Translations under genes and position numbers: made by a program
Shown: positions 54,820 to 64,000 of the stretch, one piece after another
Numbering within the stretch: the first letter of the stretch is position 1
How the letters are laid out: every line of letters starts with the position of its first letter
DNA from: Ptychomitrium polyphyllum
Taxonomy: Eukaryota
Assembly: GCA_973851085.1 (NCBI GenBank)
Contig: OZ316775.1
Coordinates: 6,944,001 to 7,008,000, forward strand
Direction: 5' to 3'
DNA: 64,000 nucleotides
The notes under the pieces: generated by a model
What the model was told of the DNA's origin: nothing
The model's input: only the letters and a program-made list of their open reading frames with translations
Databases searched by the model: none

Positions 54820-57800
54820 GGCTCTGCCTATTTATTCTGGTTTTTTCTTGTCATTAGAGTTCCCGGAAGCTTTAATGTTCTTGAGGAATGGGACGTACAA
54901 TAACATCAACATGTTACAGTCCACTCTGAAAAGTTACAGGTTCTTCCTCTGTTAAGTGTAATTTGGAAGTTCATGGTGTAATCACGTCTACATTGCTATC
55001 AATAAAACCTGTGAGCCTGCGATCATGCCTGCTGCCTGCACCTGGTTAAGCTGTGTTGTGCACCCAGTGATGAAAGGTAGATTTCACTTACAAGTGTCCC
55101 AAAAACAAATAAATAAATTGTTGAGACTGCATGTGATGCTGAATGAGTTAGTTTACTTTGGAGTTTCTAAACTCTGATTTGGTTGATTCAATTAATGCAA
55201 ATTGATGTTCACAAAAACTTCACTGTACTCTTGTTTTCACTTTATTCTTTGCACAAGCAGAAGTTTTACTCCACTGCAAAGAAATTACAACAAAGGGCAC
55301 ACCCATGGTTAACAAAAAACTACAACAATCTCATTGGGCACTTTCATTTTTCATGTAATTCATAGAGGTGAAGTCAAAAACATTAGGACTTGTGTTTTAC
55401 TTTCTTCTTTTGGATACAGATTTGGAGCAAGTGATTCCATTGTACAAAATGAGTACACAGAACAACAATCATACTAGGTCATGGCCAAATCTATCTGGCT
55501 TTTGCTGGCCATGATGGTATCAGACTTGTTCATAGATCTCAGAGTTTCCCCTCAAGTTACAAAGGAGACTTTGTTTTCTTGGTCCCAGAGTCCAAAGAAC
55601 TTGAATTTGAAAAGATAAAATGAGCTTCTTGTTTTGGGAACAAAAACTTGAACAAAAGGGCTTTACCTAGTGTATATTATGGGCAATGAGGTTTTGTAAT
55701 GAGACCCAAAGATATGGATTCATGGTCCACTTTAATCACATATGGCCACTTTTGCTAGCCTCTAGTAGCTCTTTCACCTCCTCCAAGCTAAAGATACATG
55801 TAGTTGAGCTTTCTAAGATTGTTTTTCTTGTTCATAAATGTCTCTTTTTTCTTAATGTATAAAAAAATTGGCATAAAATACAAGGTGATCTCAAATGATT
55901 TAATAAATACCTCTAATGCAATCAAACTTTTGAAATTAAAAGATCCTTGTAAGACTTTGTTGAAGACTCTATAAATTTTCCAATAATTCTATATTTAAAG
56001 ATAAGATTTAGCGTCTTTATGCCCAATAGTCAAATTTTTTAAAGAATAATATGTAATATATCAAATGTTTTTAGAGTCTACTTTATTTCCTAGTAAAACT
56101 AATATTTAAAAAGTTAAAAAATAAAAATAATTTTTTTTTAGCATTCATTATTGAAAACATGTTTTTTAAGTTTGATCTTTGTGTACAATGTTAATTCAAG
56201 TACACACTTCTATAACATTCTATTGTAGTTGAAGCTATTTATTCTAATCTTGAAAAGTGATACATGAATATTAATTGGTGGTGAAGGCATGTGGCACTAA
56301 ATGCATGGATATAAGAGTCTAATTTGGTAACTTTGTTCACATGCTTCTTCAATTTTCAATAAAAAAACTTTCAACAATAAAATTATTACAATTTTATTTA
56401 TTTTGACAAAATAAAAATACATCTTTGAATGATGGAATTATTCCTTATAGAGAAGGTTTTTAAAAGGATTACTATAAAATGTTATATCATTGAAGTTTTT
56501 TTAAAGTATCTTTCAAGTTTAGTACATATAAACCTTTAATATACAATATAATTTGGAAAAAAGAATTGATGTTTTTCTTGAGTGTTTTGAAACATCCTTC
56601 AAGGTATTTTTTCCCATAATCATGATTATTTCTTTACAATAGGGCCATACTATATAAAAACCCAAAAGTACAATTAGATATAACATCAATATTTATTTTC
56701 AAAGATTATAGATCTTTTTCTTTAATGCTTATAGTCGCATTTAGCTTTATATTTAGGATTCTCATCATTTTACCTATAACAAGTTCTCATACTTTTTACT
56801 TATAGTATATTACTTTAATTTTATTTTATTGATATTCATCGGCACCATGTGCACCAAGAGCTTCTAAAGGATAATAAACTCATGTTTTATTTAGTTTTCT
56901 AAGATACTTCAATTTAATAAAAAACTCATTTTTATTCATTTCATTGTTGCAAGTACAATTTTGACAAACCTAAAATATGTCAGTGTTAAAATATATATAT
57001 TCTCAAATTATGTATAATTTTATGTCTTTTTATACTATTAATTATTTAATTATATAATGATAAATATAATTCTTTCCATAATATTAAAAAACTTAAAAGA
57101 ATAATATACTTCAAAATTTCCCATACGTGATAATCCAAAATTACTTCTCCAACACAAAGTTATAATATACATAAATTTGTTTAGTTTTGGAGTTTGTACT
57201 GCTTAACAAGCATATTAAAGAAACCAATCATACCTTGTTTGGAAGTGTATTACCTTTCCTATATTCAAGGGAGCAAACAAAGACCATGCCCAATCCTTCA
57301 CAAAAGTTCAAATCTCACTTGCAGTACTTGAAAATGAGTAGAAAGGAAGGGAGCTGAGCTGTTTAGGTTGAGCATTTACTACAGGTGGGAAAGCAGTAGG
57401 CCAGTGGCATTGTAGGTCCTCCCAATCTCGAGCAGCAGCATTGCAACAAATAGACAGTGTGGAGTTCAAACATACAACAGCAATGTCCACACAATCAAGA
57501 CATCAATGTGGTCAGGTAACTTACTAGTTAGGTTCAACCTCCATGTCAGCATCACCACCTTACGAAGGGCTTCATTAATGGAACTGTCTGGCCAAACCTT
57601 ATCCCCGGAACCCATATTGAGGGGCATATATACAGCACATGTCACATGTTCAAAACATTCTTGAACATTTGTAACTTTCTTATGCAGTCATTAACAGTAT
57701 GTTATAAAGTGTGTCAATTTTTTTTCTCACTTGTGGTATGATTCAATTTTAAAAATAATGTTTATAATTTGTGATAACGATGTCAATTGCCTGCCAAAGA

Positions 57801-58887
57801 ATGTTGTATAATTTAGTGTCAACTCCCCTGAAGGTAGACTACAAAAAGTACAAAGAATACAGTGCACGGTACATTAGGGTTCTTTACATGTGAACTAGAT
57901 TCCTATGATTTGGTAATTTGGTCCTAACTCATTTCTAAACAATTTGTCACCAAATCACAAGCACCCATAGTACCCATAGTTGCTTTTCAGAAAAATATAA
58001 TGAGCACAGTTTGGTGGGCTGTGCTACAACCGTAGGCACATACAGAAAATGTTACAGAGACACATCAGGCGATCTCATTTTGGAACCATCTAAGTAGACC
58101 ACAAGCTCAGGGCTCACATGCCCTACATTTTATGAATGCTTTAATCTTATAATTGGTTGTAAATCTATAGAGGTAGTTGAGTGGGATTATTCCTTTTACA
58201 ATCTCAATTGTCTTATCAACAATGACAGCTGAATTGTCCAAGTTGATAAAAGTGGCAAACAAAGACCTTGTGACTCCTATATAAACGATGTCACTTACAA
58301 ACAACCTGGTGCACAAGTGCATATCTTACTTACAGCAGGTACTAAAGTAAGTCACAACTCTGGCACAGACCTATACAACGTCAGGAATAAGGACATCCTA
58401 AGTTATGAACAACCACATGCAATTTGAAAATCTAAGAACTGCTACTGTAGGAGGTTGTATTGTTACATTCAAAAGACTGGATCAACACAGTCCTCCCCAT
58501 GCATTTACTCTTTCCTTTGCATTAGGCCTACACCAGAGGCCCTAGAAAGAGCAATTATGACCTAATCCCATATATGCCCCTATAAAACCTAATCATTAAA
58601 ACGCCTAAGAAATCACCTCGGTACCACGTCCAAAAGAAAAGAACAAGAAAACCAAGGTACTAGGTTTACTTAGTCTAGACGTGATGGAGTCCGTACGTGA
58701 TGGAATCGCAAAGATACATCACCCAGTTCAACTGAGAGCCAGAATGTGCCGGCGAATAAGCACCGTCCCAGATGGCAGCATCTGACTGGCTGCAAAAAGG
58801 TTCACATGCATGCTCACCATATCGGGACCTCGAATCGTACACTAACCCAGGTCCGCATCCTAGCGCACTAACAGTCGAGCTCTCCAT
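54820..58887 (-). pseudogene. Decayed multi-exon gene of unrecognised family
   Basis: GC-richer islands bounded by AG/GT(GC) with chained phases: 58541-58044, 57838-57791, ~57627-57234, 55787-55667, 55599-55475, 55273-55157, 55086-~54820, and a possible first exon from ATG 58887. Protein-like translation broken by many stops and at least two frameshifts. Confidence 0.55.
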
Positions 58888-60125
58888 AAATTCCGATCGA
58901 AACTACCGCCAATTTCGCGGCCCATTACGCATCCCTCTCAAGTTCCTCTACTATTGCCCGCCCGGCTCTGTTGTGACCTTTTCGACAGTTGCTAAAATAA
59001 GTCGTTGTGGTTGACAGCAAAGCCGGACAGCCGTAGGTGAGACCCACCACGACATCCCCGTCGCTGTCACTGTACGCCCGACGCCAGCTCGGAATTTTTA
59101 GGGTCCCCGACTCTCCGCCAATCCCCGCTTCGGTTCAGGCACTGGTAGTCGCCAGGGCGCAATATAGGTGATCATGGGCAATCTCTCACGAGTGGCCTCT
59201 GACAAAAGCCTCCCCTTCAGAGTTGAGTTGTCCTTTGCTCGAGTGTGCATCATGTAAGTTAGTACCCCGCATGGTGGGTGCAGCATTTAGCTTCTGCAAC
59301 CTGCATCTGATGAGCTCTCCTCTGCCAATCTCATGAATGCAGGGAATCATGCAGCGCCTGGTTGGGTGTCCAGGCGTACTTTGACATGATGCCACAGGGG
59401 AAAGGAACAAAGGCTCAGAGGAGTGGAATATATCATGCAGTTCATTGCTCAGCAAATTCAAACGGCACCCTAGCAAAAGCAACATGACAACAGAGGGACC
59501 CAGATTTATGCTCCAAAAGAATCTGTCAAACACTTGATGTTTGGAACAATTGGGTTAAAGAACCAGATAGTGAAGGACCTCTGAAGGAATCTGCCAGCTT
59601 AAATGTATTCACATCACTAGGCAGACAATTGAGTCGCCAGTTGGTGGTTCCTGTCAGAGAAGATGCTTAGCTCGTAGCTAACTGTTACGGTTTAGTGAGC
59701 ATGCTGATGGTTCACGAATTGATTAGGTCAATCTAAAGAAGCCGAGAACTGTATAATCTATTACTCAATAGGCCATCCTCTACAATAATCGTCCTTGTGC
59801 ACAACGATGGGTCGAATCAGGGCAAACCACAATTTGTGGCCTTTCGGACGCCTGCCTGCTCCGAATCCTCTCCCTATTAGCTACACGGTAATTAGCCCTT
59901 GAATGGATTACTGCTCCGCAGTAGAAAAAGAGTTCTTACTCATACCGATTCCTATGGCCGAGATGCACCAAACCGTCTTCCGAATCTCTGAAATAATCAT
60001 GACATTGCGAAATTGATGTAACTAGTGATGGAAATCGGCACTCGCCATGGCCGAGGACGACGACCTCCACGTACGGGTTGCTCAAGCTAGATGGACCTTT
60101 GTTGGTGCGTGAGATTTCGTACCTA

Positions 60126-61400
60126 CTACCGCGTGACGAGGTTGAAGACGCCCAACGGATCCGACGTCTCGTTGCGGATGCTGTGAATCCTGGCGGTGTT
60201 AAGCGTCTTGTGCTGGAACCCGTAGTACTCCAGAACCTGGTTATCCGCGAAGTTGAAGGCGCGCTCCATATGCTTGAGGCACCGATCCGTGGCGTAGCTG
60301 TCTTTCCCCCTGTCGCTCCCGCACGGCTTGCAACCGACGAAATGGGTGACAAACGGCCACCGGTACTGGTCGCCGCCACCACCGGGGGTTCCAAACTGCA
60401 TCAATTCCTCGAAGCGCTCCACCAGCATAACCCAGTAACCATGCAAGCAGTAATCGTGCTCCAGATACACTTTGCTTCCCCACCGCGGCTTATCATTCGC
60501 CAGCAAGTACACGAGGGCGCTCTGGTCGTCGGCTTCAAAATCCGGGCGGCCAGCGAGAGCGGCGGTGAGCAGCTTCCCGGCCTGTACCCGCACGGGCCCT
60601 TTAGGTCCCATCTGTGCCCAGACCTCGAGCAAATCGAGCGACCATTGGCTGTTCCGGAACAGGAAGCTGCCCGTGTTGAGCCCAAGCCAGCTCTTTTGGT
60701 CGAAAACCTCGTCCGCGACACCGTGCAACACCATGTTGTAGCCCTTGTATTTGTCAATCGGGATCTCGAACGTCATATCCGTGAAGAGCGCGTCGGAGTC
60801 CATCCACCAGATCCACTCAACCTCGGGGTGTGCTAGGAGGAGCTTCCGCAGCAAAGGCAGCTTCGCCCAAAAGCCCGCCAGTTCGATGTCCAAGTGCGCC
60901 AAGTTGTAGAAAATGTCGATGTCGTGCAATCGACAGTAGTCGATCTTGTTCTTCAGCGCTTTGACGAGCTGGAAGTTGCCCATGGGATTGTCGCACTGCT
61001 TCGGTTGCGACCCTGTCACAAGCAGCATCCGCTCCTTCCCCTGCAGGTTTATGTTGGCGCCGGGGTTGTTCGCAATCCACCGCTTCCGCTGCTCGTCCCA
61101 CTTCGTGATCTTCGCGCCGAGGTGGAACGGCACAGCCGGGTCCCATTCCACGTCGATCTCCTCCACCTCTTCCTCCACCAAGTCACGAAATGCATTCCGT
61201 TTGTCCACCCCGCTTCCAATCGTCCCGCGCAGCACGAGAATGGTCACAATCCCGCACAGAATGGTTATTCGAGAGTTATGCATCGTCTTGTGAAGCGTCT
61301 TCCCCGAGAAAAACCCGGGGTTGGCCCCCGCGGAGGCCGGCACAGCCGACGACAACGACGACGAGGAGGACGACGACCCCGACCCCGACGGCCCCTTCAT
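60126..61400 (-). CDS. XXT: Glycosyltransferase family 34 (xyloglucan 6-xylosyltransferase XXT-like), type II Golgi membrane protein
   Basis: 424-aa intronless ORF. Transmembrane segment ITILCGIVTILVLRGTIG; LVTGSQPKQCDNP, KNKIDYCRLH, FWAKLPLLRKLLLAHPEVEWIWWMDSDALFTD (DxD motif), DDQSAL, WPFVTHFVGCKPC, MERAFNFADNQ. Confidence 0.96.
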   Translation of the reverse strand: MKGPSGSGSSSSSSSLSSAVPASAGANPGFFSGKTLHKTMHNSRITILCGIVTILVLRGTIGSGVDKRNAFRDLVEEEVEEIDVEWDPAVPFHLGAKITKWDEQRKRWIANNPGANINLQGKERMLLVTGSQPKQCDNPMGNFQLVKALKNKIDYCRLHDIDIFYNLAHLDIELAGFWAKLPLLRKLLLAHPEVEWIWWMDSDALFTDMTFEIPIDKYKGYNMVLHGVADEVFDQKSWLGLNTGSFLFRNSQWSLDLLEVWAQMGPKGPVRVQAGKLLTAALAGRPDFEADDQSALVYLLANDKPRWGSKVYLEHDYCLHGYWVMLVERFEELMQFGTPGGGGDQYRWPFVTHFVGCKPCGSDRGKDSYATDRCLKHMERAFNFADNQVLEYYGFQHKTLNTARIHSIRNETSDPLGVFNLVTR

Positions 61401-63042
61401 CGCTGCCTCCTAAAAAACCCTAAAAACCACCACCTTGGGATGATTCCCCCACTCTGCTCTGCACCCAAGGTCACAAAATGGTGACGGCTATGGCCTCACC
61501 ACTGCCGTCACCTCACAACGTGACCTCCACCAAGCCTTCTCCACCACCACTACTCACTACCAACAGTTAACTCGAAGTGCGAAGGAGAAAAAGCTCTTTC
61601 GAATACAAACGCCAGGTGTCTCTGCTCATCAAGTCTCGAAAAATCACACTACTGCGGTGCGATGAGCGCCACCCTCTGAACTTCAAGCAACCACTCTACA
61701 GTAGTAGTAGGTCACCCTCGATACAACCCTCCATCAAAAGCCCCTATTCACTCCCTATGCACTCTTACTCTATGCACACCACAACAAATACATAACCAAT
61801 TTTCCATCCCCTGTCCGAGCTCGAGCATAAAACTAACAGTTTCTACAGAAACTGGTGCTCAAAGCTTTATGTCCATAACATAAGACCAAAAAAAATGGCT
61901 CCCGGGCTCTACCCCCATACGTTGACATATGGTATCGATAATGTGACGTATAGCACCGAAAATGCGCCTTGGGATCAGCTGGTGGGAACACCAGTAGGTG
62001 GAGGACGCAGGCTAGGCCGGTTTAGGGGCTTGGTATTCACGACCCCAGTTCCAACTAGTATTGGAGTCACGGCACAGTGGACTGTAAGTGAAGGAATAAG
62101 CTAAGCTGTTGAAGTGGAATCAGAGTACAAGATGCAGTGAACGTGGAGGGAAGGGGCCATGTGACCATGCCTTGGGCCACTTGAATGGCAAAGGTTCGTT
62201 CGTCGTTTGCAGGTGGGCGCACTGTTCCGCTCGTGTTTGATGGTGAATCTCAGCACGCTTGCAACTAATTCGTCTGGTCTAGATGAATAACTGATGGTGA
62301 CGGGTCTTCTGGAGTCGTGCTCTGTTCCCAGTTCCACATTCCCATCTGACATTCTCAAACTCTAACCCGGTCGGCCATAGCATTCGTTTCGACTGACCAA
62401 AACTCTGGATGGATCATATCAGGTTGGCCTCAAACTTTATTTTAAAAGCAACTAATGAGGTTGTAAGTTAGCGGCTCGGCTGTGTCTGTTAAGCAGCCAG
62501 TGCACGAAATGGAAGGAAATGCGAAATGCCATTGGTGGGGTGTTCGAAAATGGGGGGTGGGGGGCAATTCACAGTGCTCAGTGTGGGAAGTAGTGCACCG
62601 CCATGTGGAGCACACAGTTTCCCTAAGTACACTTTGGATTACCTTACAGTTCATACCCTTCATAATTCACTCCCCGATACAACGACTTGAATGAACTGTT
62701 TGATTAAACTCATTCACGATTCCAATATCAATGAGGGAGCATTTTACATCCTCAATGCAACTTGCAATTCAGTTTCGTGCAGTTATTTGTCACCCTCTAA
62801 AAAGTGCGTCACTTCGTAAATGTCTGCCTTGGAAGCTAATATGGTTTTCTAGAAAATCTAAAACACGAAATCCGCATCTAAACGTAGCAAGCATTGTAAT
62901 TGTTACAAGGCACACGCAACAGATTATGCTCTTGTAATTTGCACTATTAAGTTTGGACACAAGTGGGCTACAATACATCCATTCACAGTTCCCACTTTCC
63001 ATCCATGTTTCATCCAAATTTGCAAAGATTTTCTATTATAGG

Positions 63043-63129
63043 GCAACGGAGAGAAGGCGGTAGTGCAAGCAACGGAGAGAAGGCGGTAGTGCAAGCAACG
63101 GAGAGAAGGCGGTAGTGCAAGCAACGGAG
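63043..63129 (+). repeat. Perfect 26-bp minisatellite, 3.3 copies
   Basis: GCAACGGAGAGAAGGCGGTAGTGCAA at 63043, 63069 and 63095, plus a partial GCAACGGAG at 63121. Confidence 0.95.
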
Positions 63130-64000
63130 GGTCGTTCTAGGTTGCATTAGCCACACAGACTTTCTGCAGCATTGTCATGAATGAAACTCCCCCTGTGCAT
63201 ACCAGAGTTGCGTAATGGGGGCCGACCTACAGTCTGTGGCACTGTATTACTGCAGGGACATTTGCTAACTGTGACGAGTTTGTGCTGCACTACAGCGTGG
63301 CATTGGAGTCTGAAAGCCACTTTCTCTAACTTGATAATGAAGGTTAACTAGAAGTTAGCAGAAGCTGTTGCTGTAAAATACGGTAGCTCTGGTTCCTCTG
63401 CTCCAGACGCTACCATGTGTACAACTTGTGTATGGCTGACTTCTAATTGTACAGACTGTACACAACTGACTTTGGGTCAAAACCGCACTATTATATGAAT
63501 GTAAACTCAAAGACTCACATCAGTGTTTAACCAATCATTCGAATAAGGATACCGATGGCTTTGCCTTAGCCCTCAGACGTCATTGATTTTTCCTCCGTTT
63601 TGGAGACCATATTTGCCTCCAAATCTGCACAGTTTTCAAAGAAGTTGTCCGTCTCATGTTCCTCTTTTAGAATAAAAGATTACAAAGCTGTAAGAAACTC
63701 TTGATCCATTTATTAGTTTTTGAGATGGTTTCAAAGTAGGTCATTAAAATATGCTATTTCCCTTTTTGTTTTAAATTGTCTTGGTTTTCAATGACTATAT
63801 GGACTTTTAAAATTTTTGTAAATATAATGGTAGGGTATTTCATTTTATACACTTCAAGAGAAAGAAAAAACATAATTTAATAAAGTTCATGGAATTATGA
63901 ATGATGAAAGGTTTACTAAATTTTAATTTTTAAAAAAAAATTGTGCATGTTTTGCCAAAAATTGATTATTTATTATGAGCTAATAACTCCAATAGATGAC

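Noticed and set aside
53240..58690. Transposon boundaries around the fossil gene
   Set aside because: I could find no TIR, LTR, target-site duplication or Helitron-type end.
60078..60836. 252-aa plus-strand ORF antisense to XXT (also 60894-61484)
   Set aside because: It lies almost entirely opposite a GC3-rich coding region, has a non-ATG start and no recognisable motif: a typical antisense shadow.
63043..63129. CRISPR-like array
   Set aside because: Head-to-tail repeats with no spacers, no cas genes and a eukaryotic context.

Overview
Eukaryotic nuclear DNA from a land plant, most likely a moss or other bryophyte (inferred from the bryophyte-type H3.1 with Tyr41, the GT-AG intron-rich genes and the gene content). 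GC-richer gene islands alternate with very AT-rich decayed blocks. Intact genes: an ACT-domain Raf-like STY kinase (+, 20062-25821), a Pumilio/APUM RNA-binding protein with a polyQ tract (-, 37240-31783), an intronless histone H3.1-like gene (-), an IPT9/MiaA-type tRNA isopentenyltransferase (-), an uncharacterised multi-pass membrane protein (-) and a GT34 xyloglucan xylosyltransferase-like gene (-). A 20-exon VPS51 gene (+, 686-7870) has two in-frame stops and a frameshift confined to exons 1-2, plus a possibly lost splice acceptor, while the rest reads open. The most unusual items are: an unannotated island at about 8.5-9.6 kb with a 19/20 match to miR156 inside an ABRE/RY/TATA cluster; a phase-consistent multi-exon fossil gene of unrecognised family at about 54.8-58.9 kb; and a 24-nt duplication creating twin in-frame splice donors in VPS51. 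I see no CRISPR, rRNA, tRNA or intact transposon, and I cannot claim a wholly new system. All exon models were read by eye.
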